The notes under the pieces: generated by a model
Databases searched by the model: none
Seen by the model: only the letters and a program-made list of their open reading frames with translations
What the model was told of the DNA's origin: nothing
Position numbers and translations under genes: made by a program
Shown here: positions 1 through 10,336 of the stretch, piece after piece
How positions within the stretch are numbered: the stretch's first letter is position 1
Layout: each line of letters opens with the position of its first letter
Assembly (NCBI RefSeq): GCF_000427095.1
Contig: NC_021487.1
Span: 1,629,146 to 1,661,145 of the forward strand
DNA from: Chthonomonas calidirosea T49
GTDB lineage: Bacteria; Armatimonadota; Chthonomonadetes; Chthonomonadales; Chthonomonadaceae
DNA length: 32,000 nt
Direction of reading: 5' to 3'

Positions 1-2
1 GC

Positions 3-1799
3 GGGCGCCTTCTCCCAGAGGTAGACGGCATCTGCCCAGCGTGTATCCATCGGGGTCGCACCCTACGCCGTGTGGCCAGCTACCTCCGTCCCTACCGTCT
101 GCAGGCGGTGGGCCTTGCCCTGCTTGGGGTTCTTACCACCACACTGAATCTCGTGCCGCCCAAGCTTCAAGCGCTCATCATTGACCATGTGTTCAGCACC
201 CACCGCAACTACACCTTTCTGCTTGAGATGGCCGGCATCTGGCTTGGGGTCGTTGTGGCGGCCACGTTCGTGCAGATCCTCAATGGCCGTCTCATCGCCT
301 ATCTTGCGGGGCATATCGCCGCTGATCTGCGCGCTGCCGTCTACCGCGCCGTCGAGTTCCTGCAGGTAAGCTACTTCGACAAGAAACAGGTGGGAGCTAT
401 CGTTAGCCGCATCACACAAGACACCGATCGCATCTGGGGGTTTTTGGTGGATGGCATGCCCTTCCTGATCGCCAACGCGCTCATGCTGCTGGGCATCGCC
501 TGCGTGCTGCTTTGGATTAACTGGCGCCTCACTCTCGCCATTTTAGCCCCGATGCCGATTGTGGTCATCCTAAGTGCCGTCTTTTGGAAGCCGATCAGCC
601 AGATGTTCTTTCGCGTAGGGCAAAAATGGGCGCGCTTCCATACGCACCTCAACGAGTCGATCTCCGGTATTCGCATCGTAAAAGCATTCACCCGTGAAAA
701 CACCGAGTTCGCCAAATTTCAGGCGTGCAACAGAGAGCTCCGCGATGCAGGTATACAGGCCGATACCCGCTGGTACACCGTGTTCGGCGCGATGACGTTC
801 TTCATCGCCTCCGGTGGCTTGATCAACTGGGTTTACGGGGGCTGGATGGTCTATCGCGGACAGATGTCACTGGGCAACTTCGTGATGGTGAACTCCCTGT
901 TGGGGCTCGTTTATGGCCCACTCATGTGGTTTGGCGACCTTAATCAGTGGTTTACACGCGCCATGGCAGGAGCAGAGCGCATCTTTGAGGTGATAGATGC
1001 CGAGCCTGAACCGCATGCGCGCGGTGGCATTCGCCATGCGATCGTGGGCGAGGTGGCATTCTGCGATGTGCGCTTCGGTTACGATAAGTCGAACCCGGTG
1101 CTAAAAGGGCTTACCTTCACCGCGAAGCCGGGCGAGATGATCGGCCTAGTGGGCAAATCGGGCGCCGGCAAATCTACCACCATCAATCTCATCTGCCGTT
1201 TTTACGAGCCGGATGCGGGCGTCATCCGCATAGATGGCATAGACTATCGGGAGATCGCCCTGGAAGATCTTAGGCGCCAAATTGGCATCGTTCCCCAAGA
1301 GCCTTTTCTCTTCCACGGCACCATCGCCGAAAACATCTCTTATGGACGCCCAGATGCCCGTTTTGAAGAGATCGTGGAGGCCGCAAAGGCGGCTAACGCC
1401 CATCAATTCATTCTCGCCAAACCGGACGGCTACGACACCGTGATAGGAGAGCGAGGAACCAAGCTCTCCGGTGGTGAGAGGCAGCGCATCGCCATCGCCC
1501 GCGCGATCCTGCACGACCCTCGTATCCTCATCCTCGATGAGGCCACCTCCTCTGTGGATGTGGAGACAGAAAAGCAGATTCAAGAGGCCCTACAGCGTTT
1601 GGTGAAAGGTCGCACAACCTTTGCCATCGCTCATCGTCTCTCCACGCTGCGAAACGCCGATCGGCTCATCGTACTGGAAAAAGGCGAGATCGTTGAAACG
1701 GGCACACACGCCGAGCTGATGGAGCGCCAGGGCGTGTTCTATAACCTCGTGCAGACGCAGTCTCAAGTAACTCAAATCATCGAGATCGGCACAGTATAG
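3..1799 (+). CDS. ABC exporter, fused permease and ATP-binding domains (5' end outside window)
   Basis: TM region followed by Walker A (GKSGAGKS), LSGGERQRIAIARA signature, ILDEATSSVD Walker B and AHRLS H-loop. The frame stays open upstream of the listed start to base 3 (GRLLPEVDGICPACIHRGRTLRRVASYLRPYR), so the true start is off-window. Confidence 0.95.
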   Translation, partial: GRLLPEVDGICPACIHRGRTLRRVASYLRPYRLQAVGLALLGVLTTTLNLVPPKLQALIIDHVFSTHRNYTFLLEMAGIWLGVVVAATFVQILNGRLIAYLAGHIAADLRAAVYRAVEFLQVSYFDKKQVGAIVSRITQDTDRIWGFLVDGMPFLIANALMLLGIACVLLWINWRLTLAILAPMPIVVILSAVFWKPISQMFFRVGQKWARFHTHLNESISGIRIVKAFTRENTEFAKFQACNRELRDAGIQADTRWYTVFGAMTFFIASGGLINWVYGGWMVYRGQMSLGNFVMVNSLLGLVYGPLMWFGDLNQWFTRAMAGAERIFEVIDAEPEPHARGGIRHAIVGEVAFCDVRFGYDKSNPVLKGLTFTAKPGEMIGLVGKSGAGKSTTINLICRFYEPDAGVIRIDGIDYREIALEDLRRQIGIVPQEPFLFHGTIAENISYGRPDARFEEIVEAAKAANAHQFILAKPDGYDTVIGERGTKLSGGERQRIAIARAILHDPRILILDEATSSVDVETEKQIQEALQRLVKGRTTFAIAHRLSTLRNADRLIVLEKGEIVETGTHAELMERQGVFYNLVQTQSQVTQIIEIGTV

Positions 1800-1808
1800 G
1801 AGGCCGTA

Positions 1809-2297
1809 ATGGAACACGAACCCCCAAAGGTTGCGAACCTCAGACTGTTTTACGCTCCCGCTGACCAGCTTCGGCTTACCGTGGATGAGGAGCGCTCCTA
1901 CCTCACCGTGAAACCGGTATGGGCGGCACCCCTTTCGCATCCGGGGCGCTATCTCTGTCTCCTTGATGCGAGAGGAGAGGAGATCGTCATGATCGAAAAC
2001 CCGCGTGACCTACCGCCCGATTCTTGGCAGGCCGTGCAGATGGAGCTACGAAGGCGCTACCTTACCGCCTTTGTGAAATGCATTCTCAACGTGCGCGTGG
2101 AGTATGGAGCTACCTACTGGTCGGTTCATACAGATCGCGGAGAGCGCGAGTTCGTGACTCAGAGTCTGCAGGAGAACGTGCACTGGTTCTCCCCAACACA
2201 TCTGCAACTCATAGATGTGGACGGCAACCGCTTTGAAATACCCGATATCCGTGCTCTTGACCTTCGTAGCCAGATGCTGCTAGAGAGCGTGCTCTAG
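1809..2297 (+). CDS. DUF1854-family protein, partner of the upstream ABC exporter
   Basis: Conserved-looking pattern: L.V.GV.AAPLSHPGRYLCLLDARGEEIVMI..., WSVHTDRGEREFV, DVDGNRFEIPDIRALDLRSQMLLESVL. It starts 9 bp after the ABC gene. Confidence 0.75.
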   Translation: MEHEPPKVANLRLFYAPADQLRLTVDEERSYLTVKPVWAAPLSHPGRYLCLLDARGEEIVMIENPRDLPPDSWQAVQMELRRRYLTAFVKCILNVRVEYGATYWSVHTDRGEREFVTQSLQENVHWFSPTHLQLIDVDGNRFEIPDIRALDLRSQMLLESVL

Positions 2298-4813
2298 CTC
2301 TGCACACTTCTGCCATGGAGGGCACGAAGCGCACACAGCACAATCGGCACGAGCTCCGCAGTGGGTGGCAAGGTATTGGCTTTGTCAAGAAAGTCGAGAA
2401 GCACACGCTTTTCCGATTTTACATGGGATTTTGAGAGGTGGCGCGGCGCAGCAAGAAGTAGGGCAAGCGCGGTCGCATTCTCGTTGTGAAGCAAGGCGGC
2501 CTCAATGTCGGCAATGGGAAAGTTTCGCGGCAGCTCGGAGATCACCTTCAGCAGCGCCCCTTCCCCTTCACGCTCCGCATACGACAGCAGGCCGTAGACG
2601 CAATCCCCTATCCCCAACAGACGCCCAACGGCATGGGCTACCTGCCGACGTGCCACGGGAGAGGGAAGGCGCGCAAGCTGCTTGGCAAGTGCAAATGTCG
2701 CTCCCGTATCTGTTAACCGCACGAGCGCATCGGCAAGAATAGGAATGAGCGATGGCTCCGTATCTGGCTGTTCGAGCAGGGAGCGGAGGAGAGGAAGCGC
2801 GCTTTTTTCCCCTATATCTCCCAAAGCGCGTACAATAGCCCTTCGCAACGGGTGCCCAACGGGCAATCGCTTAAACCGTTCGCTCAAAGGCTGCACGGCT
2901 TTTGAAGCGCCTGCTTCGCCCAAAGCGAACGTAAGGGCTTCGAGTCGCTGACCATCCTCTTCCGTTGAGAAGAGACGAATAAGCGCATCAACCGCATCGG
3001 CCCCGCCCAACTTACCGAGCGCACGCACCAACGCGAAGCGATCGCTTTCGGAAAGCGCCTCTTGGGGGCCCTTCAACAGCGTGATCAGGGCCTGATTGGC
3101 GCGCCTATCTCCAAGCTTCCCTAAAGCCCTAGCGATCTCCCCAACAATATCGGTGCCGGTATCTTCAAGCGCCTTTAAAAGCAGATCCACAGCGCTTGTA
3201 TCTGCCGTCTCCCCCAAAGCCCGAGCGGCCTCGGCACGTACCGCTCGGCTGGGATCGCTTAAAGCTCTCCCTAGCTCCTCTATGGCGAGATGACTGCCTT
3301 TTTCCGTGAGCCCTTCGGCCGCTCGTCTCCGAGCCTCCTCCTCGGCCGCCCTTTGTAACGTACGAATATAGCGCCATTGGCGTAAACCAGAGCGGCCTAG
3401 ATCTTGAAGCACTTTTGTGGTCGAAACGGCCCCCTTATCTTCCAAAGAGCGCAGAAAAGGTAGCGCGGCTAGACGCATGACGGCTGCCAAGGCAAAAAGA
3501 AGATGATAGTTAATGATGGACAGGCCGAACAGCGAGATATGAACGCCAGCAAGCATCTGCAGAAGAATACCACCCACCATAGGGGCGATACCACCGATAA
3601 GGCCTGTAACTGCAGAGAGCGTGGCAGCATAGGTGGCCGTGCGTTGCGGTGGACTGCAGGCTATAATGAGATTGAACTGCGTCAGCCCGACCCCTGCCCA
3701 AAACAGACCACTGCCTAAGCTGTTGAATAACAGCAGAATAAGCGACAAAACGAGGTGATGAGGACTTGTGGGTATCCAAAAGAAGGGTAAGGTGAAAACG
3801 CCCACAACGTTCAAAACCAAAATCGGCTTGTTGCCAAACCGATCGGCCAAAAACCCCCATAAAGGCATCCCCAACATATTGCTGACCCCTACCACGGCAG
3901 CGAGTATCTGCATCCAAACATAGTTCAGACGGAGTATCTGCAGACCGTAGGCCGTAAAAAAAGGGGCGGCCACGAACTGACCAATGCAGAACACCGCGCT
4001 AAATAGCAGCAGCGCACGAAAGTTTGGATCGGCAAACGGAGCCCGATAGTGGTCTAGAAAACTTTGTCGTGACGCTTCCCCTTGGGTCGTAGCGGAAGAG
4101 GGCGTCGGCTCCGGCTGACGTAGAATCAGCACAAGAGAGAGCACAGCGCCCAATAGGCCTGCCGCAAAAACCACCGCAAAACCCATTGCTGGTTGCCGTC
4201 GGCTATGCACCATATAGTCGAGAAACCAGGCGGCCAACATGCCAACCAGCATGCCAACAAAACCAGCCACCATGTTGCGCCGCCCAAAATAACGGCCTCG
4301 ATGATCGGGCGGAACAAGGTCGGACATCCAAGAAGTCCAGGCAGGTTGAGGCATACTTGTAAGGATGGAAGAGAGCGTAAAAAGCAACAGAAAACCCACT
4401 AGTGCCAACGACCTTGGCAAGAAGAAGGGCAGAAGCAGAATGGGCAGCCAAAGCATGCGCCCATAAAAAGAGCACCAGGCCACAAACGGCTTACGGGCGC
4501 TTTTCTGCTCGGCCCAGTAGGCTGCAATCGGTTGGGTAAGAGCCGCTAAGGTGGGAATAGCGCTTAGAAGGCCGATGGCAAAACTGTCTGCATGAAGCCA
4601 AAGAGCAAAACCTGTGAGAAAGGCGCCACCGGTAAGCGTGATCCAGACCGTGGCCGCTGCCCCCTCCCAAATAGATATCTGCAGCCCTTGCAGCACCTCC
4701 CAACGGTTCAGGGAACGCGCGTTGGAGCTCTCTGCCTTTTGCTCGTGTTGCGTTTGAGTGCTCTCCATTCCTCCTAAAATCCGGCGAAATAGAGGTGTGG
4801 CATCGTATGCCAT
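2294..4813 (-). CDS. MFS transporter with C-terminal HEAT/PBS-lyase-like repeat domain (fusion)
   Basis: About 430 aa of MFS-type TM helices (e.g. GRYFGRRNMVAGFVGMLVGML, LPLWGFLADRFGNKPILVL), then repeated ALSDPSRAVRAEAARALGETADTSAVDLLLKAL-type units. The start may be internal at 4768 (MESTQ...). Confidence 0.85.
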   Translation of the reverse strand: MAYDATPLFRRILGGMESTQTQHEQKAESSNARSLNRWEVLQGLQISIWEGAAATVWITLTGGAFLTGFALWLHADSFAIGLLSAIPTLAALTQPIAAYWAEQKSARKPFVAWCSFYGRMLWLPILLLPFFLPRSLALVGFLLLFTLSSILTSMPQPAWTSWMSDLVPPDHRGRYFGRRNMVAGFVGMLVGMLAAWFLDYMVHSRRQPAMGFAVVFAAGLLGAVLSLVLILRQPEPTPSSATTQGEASRQSFLDHYRAPFADPNFRALLLFSAVFCIGQFVAAPFFTAYGLQILRLNYVWMQILAAVVGVSNMLGMPLWGFLADRFGNKPILVLNVVGVFTLPFFWIPTSPHHLVLSLILLLFNSLGSGLFWAGVGLTQFNLIIACSPPQRTATYAATLSAVTGLIGGIAPMVGGILLQMLAGVHISLFGLSIINYHLLFALAAVMRLAALPFLRSLEDKGAVSTTKVLQDLGRSGLRQWRYIRTLQRAAEEEARRRAAEGLTEKGSHLAIEELGRALSDPSRAVRAEAARALGETADTSAVDLLLKALEDTGTDIVGEIARALGKLGDRRANQALITLLKGPQEALSESDRFALVRALGKLGGADAVDALIRLFSTEEDGQRLEALTFALGEAGASKAVQPLSERFKRLPVGHPLRRAIVRALGDIGEKSALPLLRSLLEQPDTEPSLIPILADALVRLTDTGATFALAKQLARLPSPVARRQVAHAVGRLLGIGDCVYGLLSYAEREGEGALLKVISELPRNFPIADIEAALLHNENATALALLLAAPRHLSKSHVKSEKRVLLDFLDKANTLPPTAELVPIVLCALRALHGRSVQS

Positions 4814-4876
4814 CGTCCACCGGCAACTATGTTACCTTGAAGGAAGCCTATTGCCGCCTCCCTTTTTAAGGGGTAA

Positions 4877-6934
4877 ATGCAGGATTCGCCCGAGAAGATG
4901 AAGAAAAAAGTTTTCAGAAACCTTATTGACAAAGGAGTTGCAGAGGAAATGACCGTCGAAACGATAGGCGGTACCGCAGGATGGCAGCTCGACTACGCCT
5001 TTCCTCCTCCGCCGGAGTTCGCACGCCAAGCTAATATACGTGACCCAGAGATCTACGACCGCGCTGCAGCGGACTTCGAGAAGTTTTGGGCCGATTTCGC
5101 TGCAGAGCTGGACTGGATGCAGCCGTGGCACCGCATTCTTGAATGGAACCCGCCTCACGCCAAATGGTTCTTGGGTGGCAAGCTCAACGTGAGTGTCAAC
5201 TGCGTAGACAGACACCTCAAAACACATCCCGATAAAGTCGCCATTTTGTGGGAGGGCGAGCCAGGCGATATGAGAACGCTTACCTTTCGACAGCTGCATA
5301 AGGAGGTGAACCAGTTCGCAGCGGCCTTGCATTCTATAGGGGTGTCCAAAGGCGATCGGGTGACCATCTACATGCCGATGGTTCCTGAAGCCGTCATCGC
5401 CATGCTGGCTTGTACCCGCATAGGTGCAATGCACTCCGTGGTCTTCGGCGGCTTTTCGGCCGATAGCCTGCGCGAGCGCACCAACGATTGCGGTGCCAAA
5501 GTGGTGCTGACAGCCGATGGCTATTGGCGGCGCGGCAATATCGTGCCCCTGAAAAAGACAACTGACGAGGCTCTCACCGGTTGTCCAACTGTTGAGAAGG
5601 TCGTTGTGTTGCGCCGTATTGGCGAACAGGCCTCGATTACCATGCAGCCTGGCCGTGATATTTGGTGGCATGAGCTGGTGGCCTCTGCGCCTGCAGAGTA
5701 TCCTCCTGAGCCCATGGACTCGGAAGACCCTCTCTACGTGCTCTACACTTCCGGCAGCACCGGAAAGCCGAAAGGCATCTTGCACACGACTGGCGGCTAC
5801 CTTACCGGGGTGTATGCCACCACGAAAATGGTTTTTGACCTTAAACCCAACGACATCTACTGGTGCACGGCGGATGTAGGTTGGGTAACAGGGCATTCCT
5901 ACGTGGTCTATGGGCCGCTGGCCAATGGGGCTACCGTTGTTATGTACGAGGGATCGCCCGACTGGTCACGCGATGGCAAACCGTGCCAAGATCGCTTTTG
6001 GGACATCATCGAGAGGCATAAAGTAACTATTCTCTACACGGCACCAACCCTTATCCGTGCCTCTATGAAGTGGGGCGAGGAGCCACCCGCTCGTCACGAC
6101 CTCTCTAGCCTGCGGTTGCTTGGCACGGTCGGCGAGCCGATTAACCCAGAAGCGTGGCTTTGGTACCATAAAAACATCGGACACGAGCGCTGTCCCATTG
6201 TGGACACTTGGTGGCAAACCGAAACCGGCGCGATTATGATCTCGCCTCTGCCCGGCATCACCACCACGCGTCCGGGCAGTGCCACTAAGCCGCTCCCCGG
6301 CATCTTTGCCGACGTGGTGGACGAGCAGGGTAACTCCTTGCCACCAGGGCAGAAGGGCATTCTTGTGATTACAAAGCCCTGGCCTTCCATGCTGCGCACG
6401 CTCTGGGGCGACGACGAGCGCTATAAACAGGTCTATTGGTCGCGCTATCCCGGCCGGTACTTCCCCGGCGACGGCGCCATGCGCGATGCCGATGGCAACT
6501 TTTGGCTGCTCGGCCGAGTAGACGACATCCTGCTGGTGGCCGGCCATAACATCTCCACCATGGAGATGGAAAGCGTGCTAGTGGAGCACCCGGCGGTTGC
6601 GGAAGCAGCCGTCATCGGAAAAGCCCACGAGATAAAAGGCCAAGCGCCCGTAGCCTTTGTCATTGTGCGCCAACAATATGCTCCTCAGGATGCCGCGGCA
6701 GCAGAGAGGCTACGACAAGAGCTGAAGGAGTTTGTCGCTAAGAAACTAGGGGCTATCTGCCGACCCGACGATGTGATCTTAACCGCCGATCTTCCAAAAA
6801 CGCGCTCCGGCAAAATCATGCGGCGCCTTCTACGCGACATCGCCGAAGGACGTGTGCTTGGTGACACGACGACATTGGCCGATCCTACGGTTGTAGCAAA
6901 TCTGCGCAAAAAGTACGAGGGGACGGAAGCCTAA
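4877..6934 (+). CDS. acs: Acetyl-CoA synthetase (acetate--CoA ligase)
   Basis: [37 protein letters not shown] and C-terminal [17 protein letters not shown] acetylation-type motif. An alternative start is MKKKVF at 4898. Confidence 0.95.
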   Translation: MQDSPEKMKKKVFRNLIDKGVAEEMTVETIGGTAGWQLDYAFPPPPEFARQANIRDPEIYDRAAADFEKFWADFAAELDWMQPWHRILEWNPPHAKWFLGGKLNVSVNCVDRHLKTHPDKVAILWEGEPGDMRTLTFRQLHKEVNQFAAALHSIGVSKGDRVTIYMPMVPEAVIAMLACTRIGAMHSVVFGGFSADSLRERTNDCGAKVVLTADGYWRRGNIVPLKKTTDEALTGCPTVEKVVVLRRIGEQASITMQPGRDIWWHELVASAPAEYPPEPMDSEDPLYVLYTSGSTGKPKGILHTTGGYLTGVYATTKMVFDLKPNDIYWCTADVGWVTGHSYVVYGPLANGATVVMYEGSPDWSRDGKPCQDRFWDIIERHKVTILYTAPTLIRASMKWGEEPPARHDLSSLRLLGTVGEPINPEAWLWYHKNIGHERCPIVDTWWQTETGAIMISPLPGITTTRPGSATKPLPGIFADVVDEQGNSLPPGQKGILVITKPWPSMLRTLWGDDERYKQVYWSRYPGRYFPGDGAMRDADGNFWLLGRVDDILLVAGHNISTMEMESVLVEHPAVAEAAVIGKAHEIKGQAPVAFVIVRQQYAPQDAAAAERLRQELKEFVAKKLGAICRPDDVILTADLPKTRSGKIMRRLLRDIAEGRVLGDTTTLADPTVVANLRKKYEGTEA

Positions 6935-7025
6935 GCGAATCGTTCGCCTTCATCCGCGATGTCTCAAAAGCAGACAAGAGATAGCCAAAAATTTGCTTTT
7001 GAGTGGACGCGAGAGGAGCGAGATC

Positions 7026-8429
7026 GTGAGTTGGGCATCGTCGGAAGCGCGGCGGCTTGAAGGCGATAGGCTACAAGCGCAGGGGCAATACGAGCAGGCT
7101 CTAGCATGCTATCAGCAAGCGATAGCCCTAGAGCCTGCCAACATCTATGCGCTGAACAACATGGCCGTTCTCTTGGTAGAGCACAACGGTGCGCAGGATG
7201 CCGAGGAGATTTGTCGTCGTGCCCTCTCGATGCGAGGTGACCTAGCTGAACTGCACTACAACCTAGGACGTGCACTGGCCAAGCAAGAACGCTTCCATGA
7301 AGCCATCGCTGCCTATGAACATGCGCTAGACCTTGCCCCTAACATGGCCGAGGCCTATAACATGCTCGGCAACGCGTGGCGCGCTTTGGGCATCATTGAT
7401 AAGGCGGAGCACTGCTATCGGCAAGCGGTTTCTCTGAAGCCAGAATCGGCCGAGTTTCGGGTAAATAGAGGGCTTACCGCTCTTTTACAAGGTCGTTATG
7501 AGGAGGGCTTCGCCGATTTTGAGCGCCGCTTTGCGCTAGCTGCCGTTCATCTTCCCCCTCTCCCGCGGGGTCGCCCATGGCATGGCGAACCGCTTAGAGG
7601 ACGTACGCTATTGGTGCGATTTGAAGGAGGCTTCGGCGATACCCTCCACTTCCTGCGCTATCTTACGCCCATAAGAGCTGCAGGTGCGCGCGTGCTGCTG
7701 GAATGCCAGCCGGAGCTAGCTCGCCTACTGAGTTGGTGCGCCGATGCCGATGCTGTGATTTCCGCCGTGCGCCCCAATCCACCTTCCGAGCCATTCGATT
7801 TTCATGTCTCTCTGCTCAGCCTCCCCTATCATCTCTGGAAAACCCATGGGTCGCTCTCACAGTCCGTGCCCTACATTAAAGCGCCGCCCAAACTCGAGCG
7901 CGTCTGGCGAGAAAAACTCACTCAGAAAAGCGACGGGCTGCGCGTTGGGGTGGTTTGGGCAGGAAACCCATACTATCCCAACGACAAAAAGCGTTCGTGT
8001 CCCATCGAGCGGTTTTCATCGCTCTTTGAGGTCGCTGAGGCCGCATTCTACAGCCTACAAAAAGGAGGGGCTAGCGAGTACGCACAACCCATTCTCCGCC
8101 AATGGGGGGTACAAGACCTCTCGCAGGAACTGCGCGATTTTGCCGATACGGCGGCGGCCATCGCTGCGCTCGACCTCGTGATCAGTGTGGATACCGCGGT
8201 AGCCCATTTGGCGGGCGCCATGGGAAAGCCGGTTTGGGTGTTGTTGCCCTTCTCTCCCGATTGGCGCTGGGGCATGACAGGAGGAACCACCGTTTGGTAC
8301 CCTTCTATGCGCCTCTTTCGCCAGACTCAAAGAGACGATTGGCAGGGCGTTCTAGAGCAGGTTGCAGACCAGCTGCGAGCCGATCTCAAAAGCAAGGACG
8401 GCCTTAGGCCAACTTCGGCAGCGCCATAA
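7026..8429 (+). CDS. TPR protein with C-terminal glycosyltransferase family 9-like domain
   Basis: TPR units (YEQALACYQQAIALEPANIYALNNMAVLL...) followed by LLVRFEGGFGDTLHFLRYLTPIRAAGARV and ISVDTAVAHLAGAMGKPVWVLLPFSPDWRW. The ORF track starts at TTG 6993, but GTG at 7026 has GAGGAG 7 nt upstream. Confidence 0.85.
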   Translation: MSWASSEARRLEGDRLQAQGQYEQALACYQQAIALEPANIYALNNMAVLLVEHNGAQDAEEICRRALSMRGDLAELHYNLGRALAKQERFHEAIAAYEHALDLAPNMAEAYNMLGNAWRALGIIDKAEHCYRQAVSLKPESAEFRVNRGLTALLQGRYEEGFADFERRFALAAVHLPPLPRGRPWHGEPLRGRTLLVRFEGGFGDTLHFLRYLTPIRAAGARVLLECQPELARLLSWCADADAVISAVRPNPPSEPFDFHVSLLSLPYHLWKTHGSLSQSVPYIKAPPKLERVWREKLTQKSDGLRVGVVWAGNPYYPNDKKRSCPIERFSSLFEVAEAAFYSLQKGGASEYAQPILRQWGVQDLSQELRDFADTAAAIAALDLVISVDTAVAHLAGAMGKPVWVLLPFSPDWRWGMTGGTTVWYPSMRLFRQTQRDDWQGVLEQVADQLRADLKSKDGLRPTSAAP

Positions 8430-8937
8430 AGAAAGAGGCTATCGTTTTCGCGTCCTCTATCTCCCCCCGCAGAATCCGTTGATGCAGGTCCTCTATAGGA
8501 ACGAGGACAAGCTGAAGGCGCTCATCATGGTCTGCGTGTGCCTCTCCAACGGCCAGTTCCGTTGCTAAAAAAGCGTGGATTTTCTCCGATGAGTAGCCAG
8601 GGGCCACATAAAAAGCGCCCAGAAACAGCAGGTTTCCCGCTCGGTAGCCCGTCTCTTCCTCCAGTTCACGCGCAGCGGCCTCCTCAATTGGCTCGCCGCT
8701 CTCTAATGTGCCGGCAGGGGCCTCTAACAACACCTTGCCCGCCGGCAGACGAAACTGCCTCACCAGCAGCACATGCCCATCCTTCACGGGCACAATGCAC
8801 ACCGCGCCTCGATGCTCCACGATCTCCCGATGCGACACGGTGCCATCGGCCAAACGCACCTTATCTACGCGTAGATGCAGGATGCGTCCCCGAAATATCT
8901 CCTCGGAGGCAATGACCTCTTCTTTCAGTTCTTCCAT
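8404..8937 (-). CDS. Nudix hydrolase, ADP-ribose pyrophosphatase-like
   Basis: Nudix box: GTLESGEPIEEAAARELEEETG. Confidence 0.93.
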   Translation of the reverse strand: MEELKEEVIASEEIFRGRILHLRVDKVRLADGTVSHREIVEHRGAVCIVPVKDGHVLLVRQFRLPAGKVLLEAPAGTLESGEPIEEAAARELEEETGYRAGNLLFLGAFYVAPGYSSEKIHAFLATELAVGEAHADHDERLQLVLVPIEDLHQRILRGEIEDAKTIASFFMALPKLA

Positions 8938-8950
8938 TCTGTTCTCTCAC

Positions 8951-10333
8951 CTATCTTTTTCTTAGCGATTTCCCTCCGATCAAGCCCATCAAGGCTTCGG
9001 CCAAGAGCACCGCATCGTGGCGCACCACATCGGTCTCGCTGATGAAAGCGCCTACAACCGGCCGATAGCCCTCTGCCTTTAGCCGATCGGTATCCGGTTC
9101 CACCAAAACGGATCCGGCACGCCGATACTTCTCCAATAGTCTCGGCTCTGGCACGGCATTGTTCACAACGACATAGGTGAACAGGCGCGGCCCCACATGT
9201 ATCTCAAGAGCGCGCACGTGGTCGCAGGCAGAAAAGCCGTCGGTTTCGCCCGGCTGGGTCATCACATTACAGACGTAGGCCTTCTGCGCCTGAGATCGTC
9301 GGATGGCTTCGGGAATGCCGGGCACCAACAGGTTAGGCAGAATGCTTGTAAAGAGGCTTCCGGGGCCTAACACGATGAGGTCGGCCTCGGCAATGGCATC
9401 TAAAGCCTCCTCTACTGGACAGATCTTATCGTTTGGATCGAGCGGAACGAGGGCGACCCGTTTAATACGCAGGGGCGACTCGACGATGGTGGTTTCTCCT
9501 TCTAAGATCGAACCATCTTCCATCTCTGCCCGTAGTTTTACCGGTGTTACCGTGGAGGGTAACACGCGCCCTCGAATGTTCAAAACACGGCTCGTCTCCT
9601 GCACGGCGCGCTCAAAATCGCCGTTATTGATGGCACACATGGCCGCTATCAACAGATTGCCAAAAGCGTGATCGCGCAGCCCCTCAGCGTACTCTCCCTT
9701 GGGCACACCGTCTCCGTTAGCGGGCAGCCGTTCACTACCCATGCTCGCGCGAAAGCGAAACTGGAACAGCTCTGTCATCTGCGGTTCGGCATCCGCCAGC
9801 GCCACCAGGCAGTTGCGAATATCGCCGGGCGGTAAAATGTTCAGCTGGCGCCGGAGCTTTCCGGAAGAGCCCCCATCGTCGGCCACAGTTACAATGGCCG
9901 TGATATTGCTGGTATAGCGCTTGAGACCGCGTAAGAGCGTCGAAAGCCCTGTCCCTCCGCCAATCACCACGACGCGCTTTCCCTGCGCTAACTTGCGGCG
10001 TGTGTAAACCACATCTACCAGACCGCCGCGCGCGATCTCTGGGTCGAGCGCGCTCATCAACGACTGAATAAGCTTACCTAAAGCGAAAAGACAGAGCACA
10101 CCGCCCAACAGAAAGAGACACAATCCGAACAACCCTGGGCGTATGCCCGCATGCAGATGCTGGATGATCCACTGAGCAAGTCGAAGAATAAGGGGTGGGC
10201 GACCACGATGGGCTTGCAGCATGATAGCAGCCCCTAGCAGGAAAAGAATAAGACCAATGAACCCCAAAGCGATCCAGCGCTTAACGTGCATGCCGGGGTA
10301 GAGCCATTTCCAAAGAGGAGAGCGTCGGTTCAT
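8951..10333 (-). CDS. yvcK: YvcK/CofD-like protein (gluconeogenesis/UDP-GlcNAc-binding family) with N-terminal membrane segments
   Basis: VVVIGGGTGLSTLLRGLKRYTSNITAIVTVADDGGSSGKLRRQ..PPGDIRNCLVALAD; LIVLGPGSLFTSILPNLLVPGI; GETDGFSACDHVRALE. Two hydrophobic segments lie in the first ~90 aa. It sits next to rapZ. Confidence 0.93.
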   Translation of the reverse strand: MNRRSPLWKWLYPGMHVKRWIALGFIGLILFLLGAAIMLQAHRGRPPLILRLAQWIIQHLHAGIRPGLFGLCLFLLGGVLCLFALGKLIQSLMSALDPEIARGGLVDVVYTRRKLAQGKRVVVIGGGTGLSTLLRGLKRYTSNITAIVTVADDGGSSGKLRRQLNILPPGDIRNCLVALADAEPQMTELFQFRFRASMGSERLPANGDGVPKGEYAEGLRDHAFGNLLIAAMCAINNGDFERAVQETSRVLNIRGRVLPSTVTPVKLRAEMEDGSILEGETTIVESPLRIKRVALVPLDPNDKICPVEEALDAIAEADLIVLGPGSLFTSILPNLLVPGIPEAIRRSQAQKAYVCNVMTQPGETDGFSACDHVRALEIHVGPRLFTYVVVNNAVPEPRLLEKYRRAGSVLVEPDTDRLKAEGYRPVVGAFISETDVVRHDAVLLAEALMGLIGGKSLRKR

Positions 10334-10336
10334 CGT

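Noticed and set aside
63-1583. Antisense or alternative-frame ORFs over the ABC transporter (63..419, 371..715, 1146..1583)
   Set aside because: The plus-strand ABC protein explains the sequence fully, and the products look random and Arg/His-rich.
4832-5896. 354-aa ORF on the minus strand opposite acs
   Set aside because: It is fully antisense to a canonical acetyl-CoA synthetase, and the translated sequence has no recognisable motifs. This is typical shadow ORF behaviour in high-GC coding DNA.
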